Assembly (NCBI RefSeq): GCF_963921235.1
Contig: NC_086108.1
Location: 10,416,001 to 10,480,000 of the forward strand
DNA: 64,000 bases
From: Mobula hypostoma
Lineage: Eukaryota
Reading direction: 5' to 3'
The notes under the pieces are model-generated. The model had not been told where the DNA came from. It ran no database searches and saw only the letters and a program-made list of their open reading frames with translations. Of this stretch, positions 34,817-46,700 are shown one piece after another. Position 1 is the stretch's first letter, and each line of letters starts with the position of its first letter. The position numbers were made by a program, and so were the translations under genes.

Positions 34817-37800
34817 ATGGAGTCTATTATTAATTTTGTCTCCTGGAATACTAATGGTCTTAATCATCCTATTAAAAGGAAAAAAGTTTTTAAAGTGTTC
34901 CGGAGACTTAAAGCACAAATTTTATTTTTACAAGAGACCCATGTACGGAGGGGGGACAGACTACGTTTTTTCAAATTCTGGAAGGGACAACAATTTCATT
35001 CGAACTCCAATGCTAAGATTCGAGGCGTCTCTATTTTTATAGACTCCTCAGTTACTTTTATACAACAGGATATTATCTCTGATCCGAATGGTAGATTTTT
35101 ACTGGTTAGTGGTTTACTATTTAATAAAAAAGTAGTTTTGGTTAATGTTTATGCTCCTAATATGGATTGTCCGGAATTTTATAAATCATTGTTTGATCAG
35201 TTTCCGAATTTGAACGAGTTTTCATTGATTTGGGGCGGAGATCTTAATACCTGTTTATCTCCAGCTTTGGACCGTTCGGCTCCTTTACGGACTTTACCTA
35301 ATAAATCTGCAAATTTGATTAATTTTTTCCTTTCTGATTCTGGGTCGACGGACATTTGGCGTTTTCTGCATCCTCAGGAAAAAGATTTTTCCTTCTTTTC
35401 ACATGTTCATCATTCCTATTCAAGAATTGATTATTTTTTCATTGATTCTCGTCTCATTCCTTCAGTGATTAAATGTGATTATGATTCTATAACCATTTCG
35501 GATCATGCTCCACTTAAGCTTTCTATTAAAATTATGGCCAATATACCAAACAATAGACAATGGCATTTTAATTCGCTGTTGCTTCAGGACTCGGACTTTG
35601 TTAATTTTATGAATGAACAGATTGAGCTTTTTTTTACAATTAACCATACAGAAGATATTTCGGTTAACACTCTTTGGGACACTTTTAAAGCCTATATTCG
35701 GGGTCAGATTATTTCGTATTCCGTTGCTTTGAGGAAGAAACAGAAGCAGGAGGAGATGGCAATTGTGGACAAGATTAAAGAAATTGATAAGAAATATGTT
35801 ATGGCTCCTTCTGAGGAGCTATACAAACAAAGAACTGAACTTCAAATGGAACACAGTTTACTACTCTCGTCCTCGATTGTAAACCAATTAAAGAAAACAA
35901 GAAGTGATTTTTATGTTCACAGTGATAAAATTGGCAAGCTGCTGGCTAATCAATTGAAATCTAATTATGTTAAATCTCAAATCAATCAGATTTATAACCA
36001 AAATGATCGATTGATATTGGATCATGTGGGGATTAATCAAACCTTTTGTGATTTTTATTCTTCTTTATATCAATCAGAGTCTCCTCGAGATTCTAAATAT
36101 ATGAATGATTTTTTAGATAAGTTAGACTTCCCTCAGATTTCACAGGATATGTCTTCTTTATTAGATACTTCCATTACAATGGATGAGATTAAGAATGTTA
36201 TTTTTTCTATGAATCTGGGGAAAGCTCCTGGCCCTGATGGGTTTACCGTTGAATTTTATAAATGTTTTGCTTCTTTATTGATTCCTTGGCTCTATAAGGT
36301 TTTTGAGGCTTCTTTGAAACTTGGTAAACTTCCGGAATCTTTTAATAGAGCATCAATTTCTTTAATACTAAAGAAGGATAAAGACCCTGCTCAATGTGCA
36401 TCTTATAGACCAATATCTTTATTAAATGTTGATTCTAAAGTTTTTTCTAAGTTATTAGCAAATAGACTAGAAAAAGTACTTCCTTCTATTATTTTGGAAG
36501 ACCAAACGGGTTTTATTAAAGGTCGTTACTCTTTTTATAATATTCGTACATTGTTAAATATCGTTTATACTCCCTCACAAAATGTTCCTGAGTGTGTTAT
36601 TTCTTTAGATGCCGAGAAAGCTTTTGATAGAGTAGAATGGCCTTATTTATTTAAGGTGCTTGAAATGTTTAATTTTAGCTTGAAATTTATATCCTGGATT
36701 AAACTGTTATATCACTCCCCTGTAGCCTCGGTTCGTACTAACTCCTTAAACTCACCTTTTTTTCCTCTCTTTCGTGGTACTGGACAAGGCTGTCCTCTTA
36801 GTCCCCTATTATTTGATATTGCATTAGAACCTCTTGCAATTGCTATTCGAGAATCTTCAAATATTACTGGGATAACTCGGGGATTAAAGTCCCATAAATT
36901 ATCACTCTATGCTGATGATTTACTTTTATATATTTCTAATCCTGAGAGATCCATTCCTGCTGTTTTAGAGTTATTAGCACAATTTGGTCTTTTCTCAGGT
37001 TATAAATTAAATCTTAGTAAGAGTGAACTTTTTCCGATTAATAAACATCTTCCTTTATATTATAAATTTCCATTTAAATTGATTAATAATTACTTTTCAT
37101 ATCTTGGGATTAAAATTACTTGTAAACATAAAGATTTATTTAAGACTAACTTTTTACCATTAATAGACCATATTACTCAACTTTCATCTAAATGGTTTCC
37201 CTTATATTTAACTTTGATTGGTCGTATTAATGCAGTTAAGATGTTTTTTTTGCCAAAATTTTTATATGTGTTTCAGGCATTACCAATTTTCGTTCCTAAA
37301 TCTTTTTTTGATAAAGTTGACTCTAAAATTTCTTCATTTATTTGGCAGAATAAGAATCCGAGACTGGGTAAAATACATTTACAGAAAGCTAAGAGAGATG
37401 GAGGTTTAGCATTACCTAACTTTAGATTTTATTATTGGGCTATTAATATTCGACATATGAAATTTTGGTTACTTGACCGGGACATACTATCTATTCCTAA
37501 ATGGGTAGCATTGGAATTACAATCTGTTCAGGGTTATACACTTGGTTCTATTTTAGGTTCCTCTCTTCCTTTTGATTCGAAACGCCTTAAGCAGGTCTCT
37601 AACCCGATAGTTAAATATGCTTTGCGCATTTGGTTTCAATTCAGAAAATTTTTTGATCTTAATCAATTCGGGTTAGCGATTCCTATTTTAGGCAACATAT
37701 TTTTTCCTCCCTCTTTTACGGATCGCGCTTTTCAAATTTGGAAGACTAAGGGTATTTTACGGTTTTTGGATTTATTTTTAGATGGTTCCCTTATGTCTTT

Positions 37801-38593
37801 TGAACAATTATCTAATAAATATAACTTATCAAGAATACATTTTTTTAGATATTTACAAGTTAGAAATTTCCTAAGTACTATACTTTCTTCCTTTCCAATG
37901 CTTCCTCCTATATATATTTTAGATTCGATAATTAACCTTAATCCATGTCAGAAAGGTGCATCGGCTATGATTTATAATATTATTATGAAACTTAGGAAAG
38001 CTCCATTTGATAAGATTAGGGTAGATTGGGAACAGGAATTGGGGCTTACCATTTCTGTGGATGATTGGGGGCAGATTTTACAATTAGTTAATACTTCCTC
38101 TATTTGTGCTAAACATTCCCTAATTCAATTTAAAGTGGTTCATAGAGCACATATGTCCAAAGATAAGTTAGCGCGTTTTTACTCGCATATTAATCCTTTC
38201 TGTGATAGATGTTCGGGGCAGATAGCCTCTTTAACTCATATGTTTTGGTCTTGCCCTACTTTGGAAACTTTTTGGAGAGATATTTTCAATATTATTTCTA
38301 AGGTATTAAATATAGATATCTCTCCTCACCCTATTACTGCTATCTTTGGACTACCTAAAATTTCTAGTAATCTTTCCCCTTCAGCCCGTAGAATGATTGC
38401 ATTTCTTACTTTAATGGCGAAAAGATGTATTTTACAACATTGGAAAGAGCTTAATGCTCCAACTACCTTTTTTTGGTTTTCTCAGACGATTTTATGTTTG
38501 AATCTGGAGAAAATTAGAAGTAACCTTTATGATTCTTCATTTAAATTTGAACAGATTTGGGGACCTTTTATTCGATATTTTCATTTAATGTAA
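34817..38593 (+). CDS. L1 ORF2p (AP endonuclease, reverse transcriptase, CCHC knuckle), 1258 aa from first ATG
   Basis: SWNTNGL, LQETH, NVYAPN, GGDLN, SRIDY, SDH; KAPGPDG, YRPISLLN, DAEKAFD, QGCPLSP, LYADD, YLGI; CDRC-x8-H-x4-C. Confidence 0.96.
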   Translation: MESIINFVSWNTNGLNHPIKRKKVFKVFRRLKAQILFLQETHVRRGDRLRFFKFWKGQQFHSNSNAKIRGVSIFIDSSVTFIQQDIISDPNGRFLLVSGLLFNKKVVLVNVYAPNMDCPEFYKSLFDQFPNLNEFSLIWGGDLNTCLSPALDRSAPLRTLPNKSANLINFFLSDSGSTDIWRFLHPQEKDFSFFSHVHHSYSRIDYFFIDSRLIPSVIKCDYDSITISDHAPLKLSIKIMANIPNNRQWHFNSLLLQDSDFVNFMNEQIELFFTINHTEDISVNTLWDTFKAYIRGQIISYSVALRKKQKQEEMAIVDKIKEIDKKYVMAPSEELYKQRTELQMEHSLLLSSSIVNQLKKTRSDFYVHSDKIGKLLANQLKSNYVKSQINQIYNQNDRLILDHVGINQTFCDFYSSLYQSESPRDSKYMNDFLDKLDFPQISQDMSSLLDTSITMDEIKNVIFSMNLGKAPGPDGFTVEFYKCFASLLIPWLYKVFEASLKLGKLPESFNRASISLILKKDKDPAQCASYRPISLLNVDSKVFSKLLANRLEKVLPSIILEDQTGFIKGRYSFYNIRTLLNIVYTPSQNVPECVISLDAEKAFDRVEWPYLFKVLEMFNFSLKFISWIKLLYHSPVASVRTNSLNSPFFPLFRGTGQGCPLSPLLFDIALEPLAIAIRESSNITGITRGLKSHKLSLYADDLLLYISNPERSIPAVLELLAQFGLFSGYKLNLSKSELFPINKHLPLYYKFPFKLINNYFSYLGIKITCKHKDLFKTNFLPLIDHITQLSSKWFPLYLTLIGRINAVKMFFLPKFLYVFQALPIFVPKSFFDKVDSKISSFIWQNKNPRLGKIHLQKAKRDGGLALPNFRFYYWAINIRHMKFWLLDRDILSIPKWVALELQSVQGYTLGSILGSSLPFDSKRLKQVSNPIVKYALRIWFQFRKFFDLNQFGLAIPILGNIFFPPSFTDRAFQIWKTKGILRFLDLFLDGSLMSFEQLSNKYNLSRIHFFRYLQVRNFLSTILSSFPMLPPIYILDSIINLNPCQKGASAMIYNIIMKLRKAPFDKIRVDWEQELGLTISVDDWGQILQLVNTSSICAKHSLIQFKVVHRAHMSKDKLARFYSHINPFCDRCSGQIASLTHMFWSCPTLETFWRDIFNIISKVLNIDISPHPITAIFGLPKISSNLSPSARRMIAFLTLMAKRCILQHWKELNAPTTFFWFSQTILCLNLEKIRSNLYDSSFKFEQIWGPFIRYFHLM

Positions 38594-39099
38594 TATTTAC
38601 CCTTCTTGTTTTTTTTTCACTGTTTTAATGGAGGTCGGGATTGAGGACGTGATTTTAAGTTTAACTCTGTTTGGTTTCAAGTTAGCCCATTGCTTTGCTT
38701 TGCTTTTAGGTAGTTGCACGGTGGGTTTTTTTTTGGGGGTTTTTTTTTTCTTTTTTTTCCATTGATATATATAAAATCTAGTATACTATTATGTTATCTT
38801 GGTTTCTTATGCTTAAATTACATTGTTTGTAGTATTTTCTTTTTGGTATTGTTATCTTTTGGAATTTTATTGTACTTTAACATTGTATTAATGTTTATAT
38901 GGCTTACCTTTTTTGTATACTTACTCAATAAAAAGATTTAAAAAGGCAAGAGCATGGACAGAACACAGCTCCGGTACAGATTCACCTGGGTGTGGATGCT
39001 GTGCCTGTTGATCCCCGTATGTTGCTCATTGATCTGAATGGTTCTAGCTTTGCTGAATCTGCACTTGCTGCCATCCTTGGTCCCACCATTCTGCCTGGT

Positions 39100-39785
39100 C
39101 CTCTTGACATTCTAGTCCTCTTGAAATGAATGCTAACATTGAATTTGCCTTCCTTACCACCGACTCAATCTGCAAGTTAACTCCTAGGATCTCCGATTTC
39201 TGAATTTAGAAAGTAGTCGACGCCTTTATTCTTTCTATCAAAATGCATGGCCCTTCACTTCACTACACTGTATTCCATCTGCCACTTTCTTGTCCATTAC
39301 CCTAATCACGGAGGCTTAGAGGTTAACATAACACTTTACAGCACCGGTGACCTGTGTTCAATTCCTGTCACTGTCTGAAAGGAGTTTGTATGTTCTCCTC
39401 GTGACTGCATGGGTTTCCTTCGGCAGCTGCGGTTTCCTTCCACATTCCCTCCCCTAATAGAAGTAGTGGACCGAACACTGACCCCTGCGACGTGGCAGTA
39501 GTTGCCATCAGCCAGCCAGAAAAGGCACCTTTTATTCCCACCATTTGCCTTGCACCAGTCAGCCAATCCTCCGTCCATGCAAGTGTTTTTCCAGTAATAC
39601 AATGTAATCCTATCTCGTTAAGCAGCCTCATGTGTACCACCTTATTAAAGATCTTCTGAAAGTCCAAATAAGCAACATCCACTGACTCTCCTTTGTGTAT
39701 TCTACCCGTTATTTCCTTAAAGAATTTCAACAGAATTGTCTGGCAAATTTCTCCCCTTAAGGAAACCTTGCTGACTTAGCTCTAC
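39100..39785 (-). mobile_element. Old CR1 RT fragment with a V-SINE insert (~39307-39445, + strand)
   Basis: 39368..39730 FFKEIT..VDVAYLDFQK..SQGSVFGP; gtttgtatgttctcctcgtgactgcatgggtttcc. Confidence 0.75.
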
Positions 39786-40075
39786 ACCACTCCTTGCCAG
39801 TAAGAATTCTACCCCAACCACTCCATCTCCCTCCCAGCCAGTAGGAATTCTGCCCCAGTCCATTCCATCCCTCTCCCCTCCAGTCTCTCTCCCGGTCAGA
39901 AAGAATTCTGCCCCCGCTCTCTCTGTCCCTTTCCCAGTCAGCAGGAATTCTGCCCCTGCTCTCTCTGTCCCTCTCCCAGCCAGAAGGAATCCTGCTCCAA
40001 TCCACTTTGTGCCTCTCCCACCCAGTAGGAATTCTGCTCCAGAACTCTCCGTCCCACACCCAGTAGCAGGGATGC
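39785..40075. repeat. ~39-bp degenerate minisatellite, about 7 units
   Basis: Recurrent cccag(t/c)ag(g/a)aattctgc(c/t)cc. Confidence 0.8.
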
Positions 40076-40459
40076 CCCACTCTTCCCCACTCTGAGCTCC
40101 ACCAAGTTTTGCCAAGAACGATCATATTGATAGACCATGATAGCCCACATCATACATCACAGGAAATGAAGTTGAAGACGATGACTTATTATGTAATTTG
40201 TAGTAATTTTATGCTTTTCTTAGTAGTGCTGCTGTAAAGCAATAAATTTCATGATCTATACAGTGAGTCTGTCTTATTAAACCTGATTCTAATGCTGATA
40301 GCTGCCCTGCTCTCTCTGTCACAGCAACACTGAATTCTGCGTTCGGTTATTGGTTTCGCCTTTGTACTATCTTGATGTACTGATGTTTGGGGTGATTTGT
40401 CTGGATGTTACTGTGCCATGGTGCATATGACAAAAGTAAACCTATTAATAAATACCAAT

Positions 40460-41205
40460 TGTGGAGAGGAAGGAGGCTAGCTGGAAGGTGATAGGTGAAG
40501 CCAGATGGGTGGGAAAGGTCAAGGGCTGGAGAAGAAGGAAGCTGATAGGAGAGGAGAGTGGACCTTAGGAGAAAGGGAAGGAGGAGAGTCACTGTGGGAG
40601 GTGATAGGCAGGTGAGGAGAAGAGGTAAGAGACCATTGAAAAGTCTGACTTATAAAGAAAGTTACATAAAACACTGGAGGAACTCAGCAGGTCAGGCAGC
40701 ATCTATGGAAATGAACAAACAGTTGACGTTTCAGGCCAAGACCCTTCTTCAAGACTGGAAAGGAAGGGGGAGGTTGCCAGAATAAAAAGGTGGGGGTGGA
40801 GAGAAGGAGGATTACTAGAAGGTGATAGGTGAAGCCAGGAGGGTGGGAAAGTTCAAGGGCTGGAGAAGGTGGAATCTGATGGATTAGATTATTAGGTTAG
40901 ATTAGATGGGAGATGAGAGTGGACCATAGGAGAAAGGGGAGGGGGAGGGGCACGGAGTGTGGTAATAGGCAGGTGAGACCCACCCATCTAGCTTCACCTA
41001 TCACCTTCTAGCTTGTCCTTCCTCTCCACTACCTTTCTTTATTCTGGAGACTTTACCCTTCTTTTCCAGTTCTGTTCAAGGTCTTGGCCTGAAACATCAA
41101 CAGTTTACTGATTTCCATAGATGCTGCCTGACCTGCTGAGTTCCTTCAGCATTTTGTGTGTATTGCTCTGGATTTCCAACATCTGCAGAATCTCTTGTGT
41201 TTATG
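40460..41205. mobile_element. Penelope-derived repeats in tandem and inverted arrangement
   Basis: 40460-40975 holds two overlapping minus-strand copies; 40977-41205 is a plus-strand copy; degenerate hammerhead cores at ~40720-40758 and ~41066-41103. Confidence 0.7.
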
Positions 41206-42189
41206 AAGCATTCTGTGACTCTATGACTACACTGGCCTTCAGCATGCATGCACAGCAGATAACTGCCCAGGTGTTTGAGATTTCTCCTCCAGCAGCTTAA
41301 ACATCTTACTGAAACATCTCCCACACCTCCAGACTGTCGATCACCATCAAAATCCTGCAAAGAATTTCAATGAGATCCGTTCTCAGTGTTTGAAACTCAG
41401 TACAGACCCAGATAACCAGCAAGTTATAAGAGCATAAACTTATGTTTCACACAGCATTTCACAGTCTCATTAAAATTATTGTTTTTATGTGTTACTCTCT
41501 AGCAGCGGTTCCACCATTTCAAGTCCCAGCAAGATGAAGCCTTGCTGAACTATCTCTGTGGCAATTAGATCTTTCAGTTTGTCTACACTTTCCCCCCTGA
41601 TTTGGAAGAGCAGCCAACGTAATCAAAGGCCACTCCAGCCCAAACATCCACTTTTCCATCAGGCAGAAGATACAAAAACTTGAAAGCACATTCACCTGCC
41701 TCGAGGAGATCTTCAATCCAACTGTTATAAGTACTACGGAACCAATCTTTGTATAATTAAGATGAGCAGCGATCTCTCAATTTACCGCATTGCAGTCTTT
41801 ACTGGTTATTTGTCTACCTCACCATCACAGAGGAGGTACAGGAACCTAAAGAGCCATGCTCAGTGAGTTAGTGACTGCTTCTTCCCCTCTGCTATCAGAT
41901 TTCTGAATGATCTGTGAACTCATGAACAGCACCTTATAACTCCACTTTTAACTATTTATTGATTGTTTTAGCCGGTGGGGTAGGGCTCTCCTCCTTTAAT
42001 ACTAGCCTCCATAGTATCCAGGACACCTTCAAGGAATAATGCCTCAAAAAGACGTTGTCCATCATTAAGGACCCCCATCACCCTGGTCATGCCTTGATCT
42101 CATTTTTCCCGTCGCGGAGAAGGTATAGGGCCTGAAGATACACACTCAGTGATTCAGGAACAGCTTCTTCTCCTCGGCCATCTGATTTA

Positions 42190-42844
42190 TGAATGAATGA
42201 ATGAATTAAATTTATTTCGGTCAGTACAAACGTAACAAGAAGCATCATTTTCAATGATGATTTCATAACGATCATTTCATAGGACAAAATTACAACAAGA
42301 AGACATAGATATTCCTTAAAACAGACTGAAAGGATGTAGGCTGAAGCTACAGCTTATTACGCCTACCCCTCTTACTTATACAACAACATATTTGGCATCA
42401 TTCATCACATCAAAACAAAAAATTTCATAATCTTTTAACACAAAATCCAATTCCAAGTATCATTTATTTACATTACTCCCATTCATTTTAAATCATGTAT
42501 TTTATATTTGTTCATTATATTATTTTTAAATAATTTTTTAAACTTGTCAAGTGTGGTGCATGTTTTTAAATTCTCACTACAACTGTTCTATAGATTCACC
42601 CCTCTGACTGAAACACAATGATTTTTTACATTTCTACCTATCCTTTGTTTTTGAAATATACATGTTCCTCTCAGCTCATGTTGACTTTCTCTCATCTTAA
42701 ACAACCTTTGGATACTTTGTGGTAGCTGTCCATTTAATTTTGAAGTGTTTAGTTGAATAAATAGTGGATTGGTTGGCTCATAATACTTCTCTTATTTGCA
42801 ATTCGTATGACTTTTTTTGGGAGTAGCAAAATTGAGTTTGTATT
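42190..42844 (-). mobile_element. L2-group (Crack/Daphne-like) LINE 3' fragment
   Basis: Minus-strand remnants KKVIRIA..YEPTNPLFIQL and LPQSIQRLF..CVSVRGVNL*NS..TLDKFKKLFK; AATAAA plus (TTCA)n tail; very AT-rich. Confidence 0.7.
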
Positions 42845-43707
42845 GAATGGATCGTGGACCCGTGAACACTACCTCACTACATTTTTATTTCTAATTTTGC
42901 ATTACTTATTTAATTTAATTATTTTATGTATTTACATATATATATTCTTATTGTAATTCACAGTTTTTTCTCTGTTATTATGTATGTCAGGCGATGGGGC
43001 TTGTCAGCCGTGGTCGGCAGCTCATCTAGGTGAAGGAAAACTCTGATCTAAAACCTCCACTGCCTTGCGGCTATACACACTCAATGGGGAAGGATTCGGG
43101 AGTACACCCCAAGGAAAAATCCAGAGCCGGAGTCCCTAAGGCAGTTCAATTAGAGTTCAATGCTGACTGGCAACCCCTGCGATGCTGTTGGTACCAAACT
43201 GTATCGATCTCTGCCATCCCTTTGGGTTCATCAGATAGGTGGAGAGAGGGAACCTGCTACATAGATGACAGGTTGTTCTCCTGCACGCATGCTGAGCTCA
43301 TTGACTTCATTAACTTTGCCTCCAACCTTCACCCTGCCCTCAAGTTTACCTGGTCCATTTCCGACACCTCCCTCCCCTTCCTTGATCTTTCTGTCTCTAC
43401 CTCTGTAGACAGCTTATCTACTAATATATACTATAAGCCTACGGACTCTCACAGCTACCTGGACTATTCCTCTTCCCACCCTATCTCTTGCAAAAATGCC
43501 ATCCCCTTCTCACAATTCCTTCGTCTCCGCCGCATCTGCTCTCAGGATGAGGCTTTCATTCCGGGACGAAGGAGATGTCTTCCTTTTTTAAAGAAAGGGG
43601 CTTCCCTTCCTCCACCATCGACTCTGCTCTCAAATGCATCTCTCCCATTTCACGCATATCTGCTCTCACCCTATCCTCCTGCCATGCCACTGGGAATAGG
43701 GCTCCCC

Positions 43708-46700
43708 TGTCATGGTACAGTCCGTGAAGTCCGGATTCCAGTTCACGGTCCGGTCCATCATTCCTTATTCCAGGTTTTCTGGTTTTCCCTTTTTCTGTTG
43801 GGTGCTCTAATTGAGGCAGCTGATTCACATTTTGGGCTGGCTACATAAATAGCTCCTTGGTTCAGCTTCAGTTGCTGGATTGTTCCTGTCCAAATCCCCT
43901 GTCTAAGTCCCTTCTCTGCCACTTCCTCCTGAAGCCTTGCCTCACCTGTAACTCTCACCTGCAACCTTTGCCTGCACTGCTGTGAAGTTCAACTGCCGGA
44001 GCAAGATAAGGAACTGTCAATTGTTGTTTGAAACTGTCTCTGTGTCCATGCCTTCACTAGGTAGGTCCAGCTGTTTGCTGCTACCTAGTGTTGAGAACTG
44101 TCTCTGTGTCCATGCCTAATAATGCTATAGTTGTTATGGGGGACTTCAACATGCAGGTAGACTGGAGGAATCAGGTTGGTACTGGACCCCAAGAAAGGGA
44201 GTTTGTGGAGTCCCTCCAAGATGGATTCTTAGAACAGCTTGTACTGGAGCCTACCAGAGAGAATCCAATTCTAGATTTAGTGTTGTGCAATGAACTGGAT
44301 TTGATCAGGCTCCTTGAGGTAAAGGAGCCATTAGGAGGTAGTGACCATAATATGATAAGTTTTCATCCACAATTTGAGAGGGAGAAGGGAAACTCGGAAG
44401 TGTCAGTATTACAGTTGAACAAAGGGAACTATGAGGGAGGAGCTGGCCAAAGTTCAATGAAACAATACCCTCGCAGGGATGATAGTGGAACAGCAATGGG
44501 AAGTGTTTCTGGGAATAATGCGGAAGGTGCAGGATCAGTTCGTTCCAAAGAGGAAGAAAGATTCTAAGGGGAGTAAGGGGAGGCCGAGGCTGACAAGGGA
44601 AGTAACAGACGGTATAAAAATAGAAGTATAATATAGCAAAAACGAGTGGGAAGCCGGAGGATTGGGAAACTTTTAAAGAGCAACAGAAGGTAACTAAAAA
44701 GGCAATACGCAGAGAAAAAATGAGGTATGAAGGTAAACTAGCCAAGAATATAAAGGAGGATAGTAAAAGCTTCTTTGGGTATGTGAAAAGGAAAAAAACA
44801 ATTAAGACCAAAATTGAGCCCTTGACGACAGAAGCGGGTGAATTTATTATGGGGAACAAGGAAATGGCAGACGAGTTGAACTTCACTAGAGAAGACATAA
44901 ACAATCTCCCAGATGTAATAGTTGCTAAAGGACCCAGGGTAATGGATGAATTGAAGGAAATTTATATTAGGCAGGAAATGGTGTTGGATAGGCCGTTGGG
45001 TCTGAAGGCTGCTAAGTCCCCGGGACCTGATGGTCTGCATCCCAGGGTACTTCAGGAGGAGGCTTTAGAAATCATGGACGCATTGGTAATCATTTTCCAA
45101 TGTTCTATAGATTCAGGATCAGTTCCTGTGGATTGGAGGGTGGCTAATGTTGTCCCTCTCTTCAAGAAGGGAGGAAGAGAGAAAACAGGGAATTATAGAC
45201 CAGTTAGCCTGACGTCGATGGTGGGAAAGATGCTGGAGTCAATTATAAAAGATGAAATTACGACACATCTGGATAGTAGTAACAGGATTGGTCTGAGTCA
45301 GCATGGATGTACGAAGGGGAAATCGTGCTTGACTAATCTTCTGGAATTTTTTGAGGATGTAACTATGAAAATGGACAAGGGAGAGCCAGTGGATGTAGTG
45401 TACCTGGACTTTCAGAAAGCCTTTGATAAAGTCCCACATAGGAGATTAGTGGGCAAAATTATGGCACATGGTATTGGGGGCAGAGTACTGACATGGGGTG
45501 AAAATTGGCTGGCTGACAGAAAACAAAGAGTAGCGATTAACGGGTCCCTTTCGGAATGGCAGGTGGTGACCAGTGGGGTACCACAGGGTTCAGTGCTGGG
45601 ACCGCAGCTGTTTAAAATATATATTAATGATTTAGATGAGGGAATTAAAAGTAACATTAGCAGATTAGTTGATGACACAAAGCTGGGTGGCAGTGTGAAA
45701 TGTGAGGAGGATGTCATGAGAATGCAGGGTGACTTGGACAGGCTGGGTGAGTGGGCAGAAATATGGCAGATGCAGTTTAATGTGGATATATGTGTAGTTA
45801 TCCACTTTGGTGTTAAGAACAGGAAGGCAGATTATTATCTAAATGGAGTCAAGTTAGGAAAAGGGGAAGCATAACGAGATCAAGGTGTTCTTGTACATCC
45901 GTCACTGAAAACAAGCATCCAAGTACTGCAGGCTGTGAAGAAAGCTAATGGCATGCTGGCCTTCATAACAAGGGGAATTGAGTATAAGAGCAAAGAGGTC
46001 CTTCTGCAGCTGTACAGGGCCCTGGTGAGACCACACCTGGAGTACTGTGTGCAGTTTTGGTCTCCAAATTTGAGGAAGGACATTCTTGCTATTGAGGGAG
46101 TGCAGTGTAGGTTCACAAGGTTAATTCCCAGGATGGCGGGACTGTCATATGTCGAAAGATTGGAGTGACTGGGTTTATATACACTGGAATTTAGAAGGCC
46201 GAGAGGGGATCTTATTGAAACATATAAGATTATTAAGGGACATGCTGCAGGCAGGAAGCATGTTCCTGCTGATGGATGAGTCCAGAACCAGAGGCCACAG
46301 TTTAAGAATTAGGGGTAGGCCATTTAGAATGGAGTTGAGGAAAAACTTTTTCACCCAGAGAATGGTGGATATATGGAATGCTCTGCCCCAGAAGGCTGTG
46401 GAGGCCAAGTCTCTGGATGCTTTCAAAAAAGGGATGGATAGAGCTCTTAAAGATAGTGGAATCAAAGGTTATGGGGATAGGGCAGGAACTGGATACTGGT
46501 AGTAGATGATCAGCCATGATCACAGTGAATGGCGGTGCTGGCTCGAAGGGCCGAATGGCCTACTCCTGCATCTATTGTCTATTGCCTTCACTAGGTAGGT
46601 CTGGCCATTTGCTGCTACCTAGTGTTGGGAACCATCTCTGTGTCCATGCCTTTGCTAGGTAGGTCTGGCCGTTTGCCACTACCTTGTCTTGAGAACCATC

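Larger units (their letters stand above)
33038..38946 (+). mobile_element. Full-length LINE-1 (L1) retrotransposon
   Basis: Exact 15-bp TSD CAAGAGCATGGACAG (33023-33037 and 38947-38961); two open ORFs; AATAAA at 38927-38932; short A-rich tail. Confidence 0.96.
32640..39098 (-). mobile_element. RTE-clade LINE 3' fragment split by the L1 (pieces ~32640-33037 and 38947-39098)
   Basis: Removing the L1 rejoins NLYRSCVLSMLLYGSECWHLTE; downstream ALHWIPEGWRKSERPKTTW is typical of RTE. Confidence 0.85.

Noticed and set aside
39717..40153. Overlapping repetitive ORFs (GAEFLL repeats)
   Set aside because: Translations of a 39-bp minisatellite; no domain or splice evidence.
41500..41580. Apparent conserved coding exon (DEALLNYLCG vs DETLLNFLCG at ~50028-50060) after AG acceptors
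   Set aside because: The minus strand matches the CR1 KD..E.VQRRFTRLIP region, so these are duplicated ancient CR1 remnants; stops occur nearby.
43030..43848. 272-aa ORF as a novel gene
   Set aside because: Chance read-through across three nested TEs; only the central part is Penelope RT.
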